37,054 bases of DNA from Chiloscyllium plagiosum (taxonomy: Eukaryota). A model generated the notes under the pieces. It was not told where the DNA came from, did not search any database, and was given only the letters and a program-made list of their open reading frames with translations. This document shows positions 1 to 11,760 of this stretch, in pieces; position 1 is the first letter of the stretch, and each line of letters opens with the position of its first letter. Where the stretch lies: assembly GCF_004010195.1 (NCBI RefSeq), contig NC_057750.1, forward strand, positions 17,196,225 through 17,233,278. Direction: 5' to 3'. The translations under genes and the position numbers were made by a program.

Positions 1-83
1 AGGGCTTATGCCCGAAACGTCGATTCTCCTGTTCCCTGGATGCTGCCTGACCTGCTGCGCTTTTCCAGCAACACATTTTCAGC
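1..83 (+). mobile_element. Penelope-like element pseudo-LTR fragment with the 3' part of a minimal hammerhead motif (cut by window start)
   Basis: A-GGGC-TTAT-GCCC-GAA-ACGT-C-GATTC followed by the same ...GATGCTGCCTGACCTGCTG...TTCCAGCA body seen in other copies, one of which (24640-25390) is attached to GIY-YIG coding sequence. Confidence 0.85.
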
Positions 84-645
84 CCCGTAATATATTCCCA
101 TGTTTCTGTCATCAAGGGCCCAATTTTAGTCTTAACCATTTTTTTGCCTTGCACATACTTAAAAAAGCTTTTACTATCCTCCTTTATGTTTGTGGCCAGT
201 TTACCTTCGTACCTCATTTTTCCTCTGCGTATTTCCTTCTTAGTAATCCTCTGTTGTCCTTTAAAAATATCCCAGGCCTCCATTTCCCCACTCACCTTTG
301 CTATGTTATACTTTTTGTCTTTTAACTTTATATGTTTCTTAACTCCCCTCGTCAGCCACGGCCACCCCTGCCTCCTCTTAGGATCTTTCTTCCTTTTTGG
401 AATGAACTGATCCTGCAACTTCTGCATTATACACAGAAATATCTGCCATTGTTCCTCCACTGTCATCCCTGCGAAGGTATTGCACCATTGAACTTTGGCC
501 AACTCCTCCCTCATCGCTCCATAGTTCCCTTTATTCAACTGAAATATTGTCACCACCGATTGTACCCTCTCCCTGTCAAATTGCAGATTGAAGCTTATTG
601 TATTATGGTCACTACTTCCCAATGGCTCCTTCACTTCGAGGTCCT
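84..645 (-). mobile_element. CR1 LINE ORF2 fragment (endonuclease-RT linker), decayed
   Basis: Minus strand reads ...PWLTRGVKKHIKLKDKKY...KLATNIKEDSKSFFKYV...KIGPL, the typical CR1 ORF2 linker. Confidence 0.85.
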
Positions 646-1149
646 TCAATGGGCATCATCTCAGTTACAGCTCAATAATTTGTTGCCCCATGGCATTCAT
701 GTCTTTCACTGCAGCAGTGTAAGGACGTGACTTTGCATCATTTTGTAAGAAGCTGGAGAAGGTTTAGCAGTGTAGACAGATCAGATCACAATAATCATTG
801 TGCTGTTGGCTTGCCCTGATGCAACAGAAAGGTAAACTCATCAATATTAATGAATCAGCTCACAGAGATTACAAAGCCAGGGAGATAACAAAGTAGCCAG
901 AAGCTGAGCTAATATTGATGCATTTGTTGCACAATGTGCAAAGTTCACACAAGAAGATGATGTATCTGGACTTGATAACGCGGACTACAAACTGAGCAGT
1001 GAAATAGAAACTACACCAGAACCAAAACCAATCAATCAAAGCAGAGGGACTGATTAGAATGTGAATGATGATTGGTAATGTTACATTCTCATTAAAGATT
1101 TTCAGCTGGCCACTAAAGACTAACTCTCAGACATGTGTGTGGAAAGATG

Positions 1150-4100
1150 ATGATATAATGATAATGACACTGGTTTAGTAAATGCCCTGAGGACTTGTGT
1201 TCAAATGGTATAATTTAAATTCAATTACTGAATCTGGAATATAAAGTTAGTCTTAGTAATGCTGACCATAACAACTTTCATTATTGGTTATAAAAACCCT
1301 CTGGCTCACTAATGTCTTTTAGGGAGGAAACTTTGTCATCCTTACCTTACTTGGCCTACTTGTGACTCCAGAACTCCAGCAACTGACTTCTGAAATGGCC
1401 CAGAATCCACACTGTCATTTCAACGTTATACCGTAAAGCCAAAAGGAAACCCAGCCCTGTCAAAACTGCCTTCGGAGGAAATGTGCAAATACTGGGAGAG
1501 GTATCCCATAGAACAGACCAGCAACATGGTCATACTCATCAAATTGTACCTTACAGCCACCACCAACACCATCCCTATCCTACTAACAGGACAGACCCAC
1601 CAGAAGTGGCATCACAGTCATAGGAACAAATTGCCATGGGACCCCTCATTATCTACTTCAGACACCACAACATTGCATAAAACACAGGCAAGAAAACCTC
1701 CTACAGATTACCTACTGTCTCCCTCAGCTGATGAATCAGTACCCCTCCATGTTAAACACCAATTGAAGAAACTCAGAGAGTGGCAAGGACAATATACTTT
1801 GTGTGGGAAACTTCAGTACTCATCAGCAAGACAGGCTCAGTAGTACCATTACAGTATCAACTGAGTCTGCTGAGGCCTGAGGGCAAAGCTGCTAGGCTAG
1901 ATCTGCAGTAGGTGGTATGAGACTTAACTAGATGTAAAGAGTGTACTTGATTTTGTCCTCTCCTGTTGCTCATGCATCTATATCAGCATTGGTATTAAGC
2001 AGCTGCTGCACAGATCTTGTGGAGACAAAGTCCCATCTTCACATTGAAGATGTCCTCACCTTGTATTGTGCCAAATGAGAGAGATGGGTAAACAGATCTA
2101 ATATTACAGTTTACTTGTCCTTGTGCTTATTAAATAGATAAACATCACATATTACACAAAAACAGGTAGATTCATTTCTTAATAATTTAAAAAGTTGGTG
2201 TCATTATTACACAACTGAAAACTTGGACATGTGTCTGAATTGATAGCTTCCTCAGAACAAATCTTGACTAAGCCTGAATCACATGATACATTACATCAAT
2301 TCCCTTGTAGTAATAGAACATTTAATAGTAACATATAGTAACAGCAGAAAGTTAGTATGCAGGTACTTCAAGTAGGAAGGTAAATGTCACTTATAAAGAG
2401 GAGAATAAAAGATAAAAGTAAGGAACGTTTGCTGCTGTTGTCCAGGATGTTGACACAAGTTGTGAAGTACTCTGTACAGTTTTGGTGTCCTTATAAAAGG
2501 ATGACATTGCAGTAGCAGTTGTTCAGAAAAGGTTCACAATCGACTGATTCCTGGAGAGAAGGGGTTTCTTCTCAGGTGATGTTGAACCTATTGGGCCTGT
2601 AACCATTGGGAGGTAATCTTATTGAGATATGTAAGATCCTGAGGAGCTGAGGGGATGTTTCTTCTCAAGAGTGAGTCTAGAACTTGGGGACACTGTTTAA
2701 AAGTAAGTGAACTCCCAATCAAGATGTAGAACAGAATCATATTTCTCTCAATAGTCTGTGTTAGTCTTCCCCAGAGAGAAATAAAGGCAGAATCATTGAA
2801 TATTTTTTAGGCAGAAGTTGATAGATCCTTGAATAACAAGGGAATCAAAGGATATTTGGAAAGTGGAGTTGAGACCATAATCAGATCAGACATGATCTCA
2901 TCAAATGGTGGAGCAGGTTCAAGGGGCTGAATGGCCTCCTTCTGTTATTAATATATAGGTTTGTATATAAAACAGCACCTAACCCACTTAAAAAGTGTGC
3001 CAAAACATCTAGTAACTCGAAACTGAGCATCCATGAGGTTCAGTGGGTCATCACCAACAGGACAAAAATTTTCAACCGCGTCTGTAACCTCATGGCTCAG
3101 CATATCCCCTCTGTAATATCGTCATCACCAAGCCAAGAGATCAACCCTGGTTGAATCAAGAGTAAAGAAGGGCATACTAGAAGCAGCACCATCACACCTA
3201 AAAATAAGATGTCCACCTGCTGATACCACAACACTGCAATGATGGCATGTCAAACTGCAGAAGCAGCAAGTGGGGATAAGATTGGGATAAGTGATGCCAT
3301 ATCCAATGATTAAAGTTCTGCAGTTCCGCCACATTCACTTGTGAATGTTGGTGGACAACTAAACTACGCAGTGGGGGAGTAGCCTCCATAAATGGAAAGC
3401 CCAGACTTCAGTGCAAAAGACAGGTCTGAAAAATTTCCATCTATCATGACGCAGATCCGTCTTGGCCTCCTCCTGAAGTCCTCAGCATTATAGATGCCAT
3501 TGTTCAGCCATTTCAATTCACTCCACATGGTATCAAGAAATGGCTGAAGGCACTGGTTACTGCAAACGCGATGGGCCCTGACAACATTCTGGCGATAGCA
3601 CTGAAGAATTCTGCTCCTGATGATGACACACCACCAGCCAAGCTGTTCCAATACAGATACAAGACGGGCATCTTTCCAACAATGTGGAAACTTGCCTATG
3701 TATGTTCTGTACACGAAAACCAGAATAAATCAAACCTAGGCAATTACTGCGATTGAATGGGTCATCGACACCTATCAAACAGCACTTGCTTCACAATAAG
3801 CTGCTCATTGATGTTTATTTTTGATTCTGTCAAAGCCACTCGACTCCTGGCCTCATTACAGCCTTGGTCCAAACATGGGAAAAAGAGCTGAAGTCCAAGG
3901 GTGAGGTTTGAGTGACTGTCCTTGACATCAAAGCAAGGTTTGACCAAGTGTAGCATTAAGGACTCCAGCAAAACTGGAGTCAGCGGAATCTGGAGATGAC
4001 TCCCCTTTGGTTGGTGTCATCCCTAGCAATAGGAAGGTGGTTTTGGTTGTTGGAGGTCAGTTATCTCAATTACAGGACATCTCAGGGTAGTGTCCTAGGC

Positions 4101-4240
4101 TCAACCACCTTCAGCTGCTTCATCAATGACCTTCCACCCATCATAAGATCAGAAGTGGGGATGTTCACTGATGATTGCACAAATGTTCAGCATCATTTGT
4201 GACTTCTCAGATACTGAAACAGTACATTTTCAAATGCTAA
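1150..4240 (+). mobile_element. Family-B (CR1/L2-group) LINE remnant: tRNA-like/SINE-like 5' region, APE endonuclease and RT; interrupted at about 2100-3000
   Basis: B-box-like GTGTTCAAAT at 1197-1206. EN-like SPSADESV and CVGNFSTH (about 1720-1825). RT motifs MGPDNI, QGSVLGSTTFSCFINDL and GMFTDD (ORFs 3571, 3996). Homologous to the minus-strand copy at 30178-34462. Confidence 0.8.
2340..2966 (+). mobile_element. CR1 LINE 3' fragment nested in the family-B LINE
   Basis: Decayed CR1 ORF2 C-terminus (TACTCTGTACAGTTTTGG, TCTAGAACTTGGGGACAC) and 3' UTR GGGGCTGAATGGCCT. Confidence 0.8.
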
Positions 4241-4244
4241 ATGG

Positions 4245-4608
4245 AAGCAAGAGCTCAAGAGCCTGATGGGACTCAATTGGGTGGATGCTGGGAGGATGTT
4301 TCCTCTTATGGGTGACATTGGAATAAGGGGACACAGTTTAAAAATAAGAAACTCCCATTTACTGTAGAGCTCAGCAAACACTTTTTCACTCCTTTGGGCA
4401 TCAGCCTGTGGAATTCTCTTCCTCAGAGAGCAGTGGAGACTGGGTCTTTGAGTATTGTTAAGGCAAAGTTTGATAGATTCTTGACAGACAAGAGTTTCGA
4501 AGAATATGAAGAGGGACTGAGAAGAACCACAAACGAATTAGTCCTGATCTTACTGAATGCTGGAAGAGGCTTGATGAGCAGTATGGCCTCCTCCTAATTC
4601 ATATATAA
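4245..4608 (+). mobile_element. CR1 LINE 3' fragment
   Basis: ORF 4394 SLWNSLPQRAVETGSLSIVKAKFDRFL is the CR1 ORF2 C-terminus, followed by a 3' UTR-like tail. Confidence 0.8.
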
Positions 4609-4689
4609 CAACATGGTAGTGCATTGAGGGGAAGCTAAAACATCTCCCTTAACGATTTTATACATTGTTTTTACACAAATAATTCACAA

Positions 4690-5010
4690 TTAGCACGGGA
4701 ATAGAGCAGTGCAACAAAGAAGGAGGTCTTCATCTCCTTGAGGCTGCATCGATTCTACTGAAACATCAGTTAGTCCCATTCCCCACTCTTGCCGTTTTTT
4801 GCTATCGACTTTTCTCTTCCAGCAGTAATCTAGGCCCTTTCAAGGGATATGAAGAATCTGCATCTACCAGCCTATCAGGCATTGTAACCTTAATCACTCA
4901 TTACATGAAAATGGTTATACTTGTGTTGCTACAGCCTCTTCGGGCAATCACCATAAATCTTTGATATGAGTCATTCATCCACTGGAAACAGTTTCTCTTG
5001 ATTTACTGTA
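4690..5010 (-). mobile_element. Old CR1-like 3' end fragment
   Basis: Reverse complement resembles the CR1 3' ends elsewhere in the window (TAGTCCCATT, CATCTACCA); highly decayed. Confidence 0.5.
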
Positions 5011-5684
5011 TTGGTTCATAATAGACAGTAATGAGGGTGCAGCATGGCACTAATTCAAGTCTGTAGGTGGCAAGCGACAAATTGAGGATCGATTAGATTG
5101 CAGTTTTGCAGCTGGGTCAGCTACATCTTCTTGACAATCATCATGTTGTATTCAGGTAGAAGATAAATTCCTCCAGCAAATTTGAGCAGAACTAGTGATG
5201 GCCTGTTCAGCACTTTGATCCAGGAACTGAATTCATTTTAGGCAGGTTGTGGGGGTGAGGTGTGTAATGTTGTTACAGTATGGTGCTCTTGGGAGCAGCA
5301 AAACAGATTTATAAATCTCATTTTTGTGGTGGATCGGTGACTCTGAGCTAGTGCTGTCAGCCTCAGTACACGCCTCACAAAATCAACAAGCTAGCTGCTG
5401 GAAAAATGCCATGTTCCTGCAATACTGCAACCTATAATTCTTCAGCGGGAACTGTCTCAGTGATCAATGCACCACAAACATACTGGAGACCTTCAGACAT
5501 TCTCGAAAAACAAACCCAATCTTCAGCCCGAAGTCGAGCATAATATTATTCACCCCAAAGACTTTGTGCTGAAAAGTATTTTCAGAATTGTAAAACATAC
5601 ATGAGTTTTTCTTGAAATTATTTAGTTCCAGTTCCCCTTGCATTTATTCCCTTTCCATAATTGCCTTTCTTAAACCAAAGAGTA

Positions 5685-6580
5685 TTAAGAGAAGAGTTTT
5701 AAGGTATTCAAAATCAGGAGGAGTTTTGATAAACTGTAGAAAGATAAATTATTTTTAGTACTGAAAACAACCAATGCTGGAGATCACAGTAGGTCAGACA
5801 GCATCCATGGAGAGAGAGCAAGCTCACGTTTTGAGTCAAGAGTCTTGATGAGAGCTGAAGTGAAGTATGGAGACAACAGCATTAATGCTATAGTTTGGGG
5901 TGGGGGTGGGAAGGAGGAGTTGGGGTAGTGAGTGTAGGGTGCTGGTGGAGAAAAGATGTTGCTAGTTCAGATTAAGTGATCGGAATGTGAGAATGGCAGA
6001 ACATGGTGCATTCCTGCCAGACTGGAAAGGACAGACAGTCCTCCTGCGGTGGTGGGAGGGGACGGAGAACATGAGAACAGAATGTAACAAGCGAAAAGAT
6101 AAGGGAAGAAATGGTTCATAATTTGAAGGTGTTGAACTAAATATAAAGTCCAGAAGTGCCTGGTCTGAAGATGAGATGTTCCTCCAGTTTGCGCCGTGAT
6201 TCACTGGAATACTGCAGCATGTCAAGGACAGACAAACGTTAGCTTGCTCTCTCTCCATGGATGTTGTCTGACCCGCTGTGATCTCCAGAATTGGTTGTTT
6301 TCAGTAAGATTCTAGCCTCTGCACTAATTTGCTCCGCTAACGACTTCTAGTAGATCAGTGACCAGAGGCAAACATTTATGACAGTTGGCAAAGGAACGAG
6401 AGGGAAAGTGAGAATTTTATTTTCTACAGCAAGTTGTTATGATCTAGAATGCATTCCTTGAAAGTTGGGGGCCTTGATGGGTGTAAGCAGATTCAATTTC
6501 CATATGTGATATGTACTTGAAAAGGAAAAGTTGCAGGAATATGGGAAAATAACAATTGAGTGAGAACAAATGAATAAAAC
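5685..6580 (+). mobile_element. CR1 LINE 3' fragment split by a Penelope insertion (5759-6335)
   Basis: GGTATTCAAAATCAGGAGGAGTTTTGATA before the insert resumes as TCAGTGACCAGAGG...GATCTAGAATGCATTCC after it. Confidence 0.7.
5759..6335 (-). mobile_element. Penelope-like element 3' end (GIY-YIG C-terminus plus pseudo-LTR) with an inverted LTR piece
   Basis: Minus strand about 6230-6120 reads SVLDMLQYSSESRRKLEEHLIFRPGTSGLYI*FNTF (PLE endonuclease tail). 73-bp inverted repeat 5759-5831 / 6234-6306 (5 mismatches). Confidence 0.85.
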
Positions 6581-6700
6581 CTTAAAATAAAATAAGAGCA
6601 GGAGGAAGTATCCCATTTATACCTTTACTTCCTTTTAAGATTGGGTTATATTAATGACCTGGTGATCCAAGCAACATAGATTTAGGTCTCACTATGGCGG

Positions 6701-8690
6701 ATTAAGAATAAAAATGACAAACATCAGTGGCCCCAAAACAGATCCTTGCGGTAATTGAACTCCAGGATGAACATTTCCCATCAGCCACCATCCTCTGTCT
6801 TCTTTCAGCTAGCCAATTTCCGATCCAAACTGCTAAATCGCCCTCGATCTCATGCCTCTGTATTTTGTGCAATAATCTACCATGGGGAATCTTATCAAAC
6901 ACCTTACTGAAATCCATAAGCACCACATCAACTGCTTTACCCTTATCCGCCTCTTTGATCACCTTCTCAAAGACCTGAATAAGGTTTGTGAGGCATGACC
7001 TACCCTTCACAAAACCATGTTGACTATCCTTAATCAACTTATTCCTCTCTGGATGATTATAAATCCTATCTCTTATAGCTTTTCCAACACTTTACTCACA
7101 ACCAAAAGGCTCATTGGTCTATAATTGGGCAGCACGGTGGCACAGTGGTTAGCACTGCTGCCTCACAGCGCCAGAGATCCGGGTTCAATTCCCGCCTCAG
7201 GCGACTGACTGTGTGGAGTTTGCACATTCTCCCCGTGTCTGCGTGGGTTTCCTCCGGGTGCTCCGGTTTCCTCCCACAGTCCAAAGATGTGCAGGTCAGG
7301 TGAATTGGCCATATTAAATTGCCTGTAGTGTTAGGTAAGGGGTAAATGTAGGGGTATGGGTGGGTTGCGCTTCGGCGGGGCGGTGTGGACTTGTTGGGCC
7401 GAAGGGCCTGTTTCCACACTGTAGGTAATCTAATCTAAAAAAAAATCTAAATTACCAGGGTTGTCTTTACTCCCTTTCTTGAACAAGGAACAACATTTGC
7501 TATCCTCAGTCTTCTGGTACTATTCCTGTAGATAATGACGACATAAAGATCAAAGCCAAAGGCTCTGCAATCTCCTCCCTGTTTTCGCAGAGAATCCTAA
7601 GATAAATCCCATCTGGTCCAGGGGACTTAGCTATTTTCACACTTTCCTTGTGAACCTCAATCCTGACTAGTCTAGTAGCCTGCATCTGAGTATTCTCCTC
7701 AACAACATTGGCTTTTTCTAGTGTGAATACTGAAGAAAGTATTTATTTAGCACTTCCCCTATCTTCTCGGACTCCATGCACAACTTCCCACTACTATCCT
7801 TGATTGGTCCTAATCTTACTTTCGTCATTCTTTTATTCCTGATGCCACCTATAGAAAGCCTTAGGATTTTCCTTGATCCTATCTGCCCACAACTTCTTAT
7901 GTCTCCTCCTGGCTCTTCTTAACTGTCTCTTTAGACCTTTCCTTGTTAACTTGTAACTCTCAAACACCCTAACTGAGCCTTCATATCTCATCCTAACATA
8001 AGCCTTCTTCATCCTCTTGACAAGAGATTCACCTTCCTTACTAAACCATGGCTTCCGTGCTCGACAACTTCCTCCCTGTCTGACAGGTACATACTTAGCA
8101 AGGACCCGCAGTGACTGTTCCTTGAATAAGCTCCACATTTCAATTGTGTCCATCCCCTGCAGTTTTCTTCCCCATCCTATGCATCCTAGATCTTGCCTAA
8201 TCGCATCATAACTGCCTTCCCCATAGCTATAACTTTTGCCCTGTGGTATATACCTATCCCTTTCCATTGCCAAAGTAAACATAACCAAACAGTGCTCATC
8301 TACCTCCAAATGTAACAACAGGCCAAGTTCATTACCTAGTACCAAATTTAATATGGCCTCACCCCTTGTTGGCCTGTCAACCTACTGTGTCAGGAAACCC
8401 TCCTGCACAAATTGGACAAAAACTGATTCATCTCAAGTACTTGAACTATAGTATTTCCAGTTAATATTTGGAAAATTGAAGTCCCCCATAACAACAACCA
8501 TGTCACACATGCTCCTATCGAGAATCATCTTTGCTCTCCTTTCCTCGACATCTCTGAAACTAATCAGAGGTCGATAGAAAACTCCCAACAGGGTGACCTC
8601 TCCTTTCCTGTTTCTAACCTCAGTAGATGAGTCCTCAAATGTCCTTTCTGCAACCGTAATACTGTCCTTTACTAACAATGTCACACCACC
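6701..8690 (-). mobile_element. CR1 LINE ORF2 (APE endonuclease plus RT N-terminal part), decayed; interrupted by an HE1 SINE
   Basis: ORFs: GGVTLLVK...GVFYRP...VVVMGDFNFPNINW (EN); IKENPKAFYR; SQHGFVKGRSCLTNL...DFSKVFDKIPH (RT). Confidence 0.93.
7127..7449 (+). mobile_element. HE1-type V-SINE (tRNA-derived), full length
   Basis: A box TGGCACAGTGG, B box GGTTCAATTCC, V-domain TGTGTGGAGTTTGCACATTCTCCCCGTGTCTGCGTGGGTTTCCTCCGGGTGCTCCGGTTTCCTCCCACA, CR1-like 3' end and (AATCT)n tail; short AATT duplication. Confidence 0.93.
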
Positions 8691-8870
8691 CAAATATAAA
8701 GCCTCATTTACTCAGCAGTTCCGTGCCCGCTCCTGCTCAGTGTGCACTCCGTCTATACATGAGATAAGTTTATATACTTTAAATTTACCTTTCAGTTGGT
8801 CCTCGCTGTCACTCCTCCCACTTCAACTGCCACTGAAAAGCATGAAGACCGCTGAACAACCAAGGTAAGT
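8691..8870 (-). mobile_element. Possible CR1 5' UTR segment joined directly to the EN region (ORF1 deleted)
   Basis: Abuts the EN coding segment and is CpG-richer; resemblance to shark CR1 5' ends is by recognition only. Confidence 0.35.
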
Positions 8871-8982
8871 TTGGTAAGGGATTGCAAGACCATTGAAACT
8901 CGTTAAACCAATCCTCTCCCCAGCATGCCTTTAGAAGAAAGAGGAAGAAATTTGAAATGATTTTTGAGTGATGTTTGTGAAT

Positions 8983-9001
8983 TCACCACTAGGTGGCAGA
9001 T
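8983..9001 (+). promoter_or_regulatory. Candidate CTCF binding site
   Basis: CCACTAGGTGGCAG at 8986-8999 matches the CTCF core CCACYAGRKGGCRS, in apparently non-repeat DNA. Confidence 0.55.
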
Positions 9002-9032
9002 CTCTTACCATTTTCAGACTCAGCAGTAAAGA

Positions 9033-9047
9033 CCCCCCCCCCCCCCC
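9033..9047. repeat. Poly-C tract (C15)
   Basis: 15 consecutive C. Confidence 0.95.
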
Positions 9048-9162
9048 ACCAACAACACAAACTCAACATTTGCAGACTTGAGACATTCATTTTAGGCACA
9101 AACAGGTTTGTTTCTTTTGTTTTCAAATGTCTCTTGCAAATTAAGGCAGCAGGATAAAAAAA

Positions 9163-9250
9163 AGTGTATTTACATATAAATTATCACCACTTCAGGATGC
9201 CCAAAGCACTTCACAGCAGGGCAGTACTCTTGAAGTGTCGTTACTATTAT
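9163..9250 (-). mobile_element. DeuSINE/L2-type 3' tail fragment
   Basis: TCAGGATGCCCAAAGCACTTCACAGC...GTACTCTTGAAGTGT is the reverse complement of a SacSINE1/AmnSINE1-type tail. Confidence 0.6.
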
Positions 9251-9254
9251 GGAG

Positions 9255-9330
9255 ATCTTCTGGATTAATAGGTAAACCCTGCTTCGGAACCCGAAGCTCT
9301 GGGTTCAGGTCTCAGCCCAGGACTTGTCCA
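9255..9330 (+). mobile_element. tRNA-derived SINE head, decayed
   Basis: GAAGCTCTGGGTTCAGGTCTC B-box-like segment after a decayed A-box-like segment. Confidence 0.45.
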
Positions 9331-9665
9331 TGGATGGAGTGTTTATTTTGTGAACATTAAGATGCGAAGGTTTTATTTCTGTGCTGTATGACTCAATGAT
9401 TACATTATTCAATGGAACGTGCTGTATGTATACAAGTAGAATTTTATTGTAAATTTAGTAATATTTGAATTGAAATGTTTTGTAAAATATTTTTTACAAA
9501 TTTTAAGAAATGAAGTATATTTCTGAAAAAAAAATATGGAAGATGTGTTGATGGTATGATTCAAACAGTTAGTAATCAGCCTGTTAATCCTTCCAGCACT
9601 TCCCACTATTTCCCAAAGGGGAAAAATAGTATGTATGAAAGGATGAAACAAACTATTTTGAGGTA

Positions 9666-9756
9666 AAGTTAAAAATCACACAATACCAGGTTATAGTCCA
9701 ACAGGTCTATTTGGAAGGCACTGCTTTCGGAGCGCTGCTCCTTCATCAGGTGGTTG
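9666..9756 (-). mobile_element. Short Penelope pseudo-LTR insert (subfamily 2) with hammerhead motif and 12-bp TSD
   Basis: Minus strand 9752-9719: CAC-CTGATGA-A-GGAGC-AGC-GCTCC-GAA-AGC-A-GTG (U16.1 lost). TSD TATTTTGAGGTA at 9654-9665 and 9757-9768. Same family as 36523-36618. Confidence 0.85.
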
Positions 9757-9768
9757 TATTTTGAGGTA

Positions 9769-9945
9769 GGAATACAGCAACTAATTTGAGCACAGGATGC
9801 TTCCACAGGCTGATAGGAAAGTAAAGATTTGAACTGACACCATAGATTAATCTACTTGCATAGATACAACCCTAAGTTGTTCTGTCCTCTCATATTCCAT
9901 CTAACCTTTGTCTGGGTGCTGGCTTCAGTCCTGCACTGCAGGTTT
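9769..9945 (-). mobile_element. DeuSINE fragment, decayed
   Basis: GGAATACAGCAACTAATTTGAGCACAG and TCAGTCCTGCACTG resemble the reverse complement of Deu-domain segments. Confidence 0.45.
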
Positions 9946-9974
9946 GTTTTAGTTTTGAATGTTCCTACTCTGTC

Positions 9975-10170
9975 TTTTTTTATTCACTCATGGGACGTGT
10001 GCATTGTTGTTGGACCAGCATTTATTGCCCATGCCTTTGAGAATGTGCTGGTGAGCTGTCTTGTTGAATTACTGCAGTCCATGTACTGATCCATAACGCC
10101 ATAAGGGAGGGAATTGCAGGATTTTAACCCAACAACACGGAAGAAAAAGTGGCATTTTTCCAACTATCTG
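9975..10170 (-). mobile_element. Family-B LINE 3' end
   Basis: T-run plus ATTCACTCATGGGA...CCAGCATTTATTGCCC, matching 16460- and 30178-. Confidence 0.8.
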
Positions 10171-11026
10171 AAATTGCATGGTAAAGTTGGGCCAAGTCAG
10201 CATGGCTTCATTAACAACATATCTGTAAGAGTTCTTTGAGGAGGTAACAAGAGCAAGAGGATGTGATCTATTAGGATTTTCAGAAAGCCTTTGACAAAGT
10301 GCCACAGGACATAGGGAATTAGGGGCGAAGAACGGGCACAGATAGAGGATTGACTGACTGGTAGAAACAGAAAGTGGGGATAAAGGGGACGGCATCTGCT
10401 GACTAGTGGGCTGGAGTCAGTGTTGGGACCACAACTATTTACGTTATACATTAATGATCTGGACTGAGGAACTGAGGATATTGTTGCTAAGTTTATAGAT
10501 GATGCAAAGATAGGTGGTAGGACAGGTAGTGTTAAGGAAGCAGGGAGAAAAGAGCCTGGACAGGCAAGGAGAGTGGACAAACAAGTGGCAGTTGGAATAC
10601 AATGTGGGAAAGCGTGAGGTTCTCATTTGGCAAGGAAGAACACAGACGTAAACTATTTTGTAAATGGGGAAAGGCTTCGGAAATCTGAAACACAAAAGGA
10701 GTTAGGAGCCCTATTTCAGGATTCTCTTCAGAATAACATGCGGGTTCAGTTAGGAGGACAAATGCAATGTTACCTTTCAATTTGCTAGGAGTCAAATACA
10801 AGTGCAGGATGTGCTGCTGAGGCTGAATAAAGCTTTGGTCAGAGAGTATTTGGAATATTGTGAACAGGTTTGGGTCCTGTATCTAAGGAAAGAAGTGCTG
10901 GCCTTGGATGGTGTCCAGAGGAAGTTCATGAAAATGATTCTGAGAATGAAGGGCCTGCCATATGAGGAGCAGCTGAGGACCCTGGGTATGGAAGTGATGG
11001 AGGTTAAAAGGATGAGGGAAGATCTA

Positions 11027-11310
11027 AGATCGTAGAACAGTACAGCACAGGAACAGGCCCTTTGGCCCTTTGGTCTACCATGTTTACACCAACCATTGTA
11101 CCATTTTAAATTAATCCCATCTACTTGCCCATGTTCCATATCCCTCTATTACTTACCTGTGCATGCTTCTGTTGAAATGTCTCTTATCTGCTTCTACCAG
11201 CTCCCCTGGCAGTCTGTTCCAGGGACCTACTACGCTCCATGGGTAATTTGCACATCTCCTTTAAACTTTCCTCCTCTCACCTGAGAAAAATTTCACCTAG
11301 TATTTGAAAC
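11027..11310 (-). mobile_element. CR1 3' tail fragment inserted antisense in a CR1
   Basis: AGAACAGTACAGCACAGGAACAGGCCCTTTGGCCC...CCTCTCACCT is a reverse-complement CR1 3' end. Confidence 0.8.
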
Positions 11311-11619
11311 TTAAAGAAACCTGAGAGTCCTGGATGAACTGGACATGGAAAAGATGTTTCCACTGCTAGGAGAGATAAGCACCCAAGGGCACAGCTTCAG
11401 AGTGAAGGGATAACCCTTCAGAACTGAGATGAGGAGGAATTTTTTCAGCCATAGAGTAGTGAATCTGTGGAACTCAATGCTGCAGAAGGCTGGGGAGAAA
11501 AAATCATTTTAAGGCTTTAAGACTGAGATAGATGAGTTCTTGATTGTTAAGGGGATCAAGGAAGAAGGCAGGAGAATGGGGTCAAGAAACATATCAGCCA
11601 TGATTGAATAGTAGAGCAG

Positions 11620-11760
11620 GGAGGAGAAAGTGAGGACTGCAGATGCTGGAGGTCAGAGTCGAGAGTGTGGTGCTGGAAAAGCACAGCAGGTCAGGCAGCA
11701 TCCGAGGAACACGAGAATCGAGATTTCAGGCATAAGCCCTTCATCAGGAATCAGGATGCC
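11620..11760 (-). mobile_element. Short Penelope pseudo-LTR insert with a degenerate hammerhead and 15-bp TSD
   Basis: Minus strand ATTC-CTGATGA-A-GGGC-TTAT-GCCT-GAA-ATCT-C-GATT. TSD TGAATA(G/A)TAGAGCAG at 11605-11619 and 11761-11775. Confidence 0.85.

Noticed and set aside
787..802. Paired inverted Sox-like sites CACAAT-AATC-ATTGTG, and the TTGCACA-A-TGTGCAA palindrome near 927
   Set aside because: Spacing is shorter than the usual SoxE dimer and short palindromes are expected by chance; no further support.
5010..5680. Possible host exon in unique DNA (also 18125-18765, 26999-27434, 29170-29800, 35471-35740)
   Set aside because: No recognisable protein similarity or convincing splice-site pair. 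A short exon cannot be excluded without RNA data.
7127..7200. tRNA gene (also about 18770 and 36911)
   Set aside because: The A/B boxes run into the V-SINE core and a LINE-derived tail; these are SINE heads.
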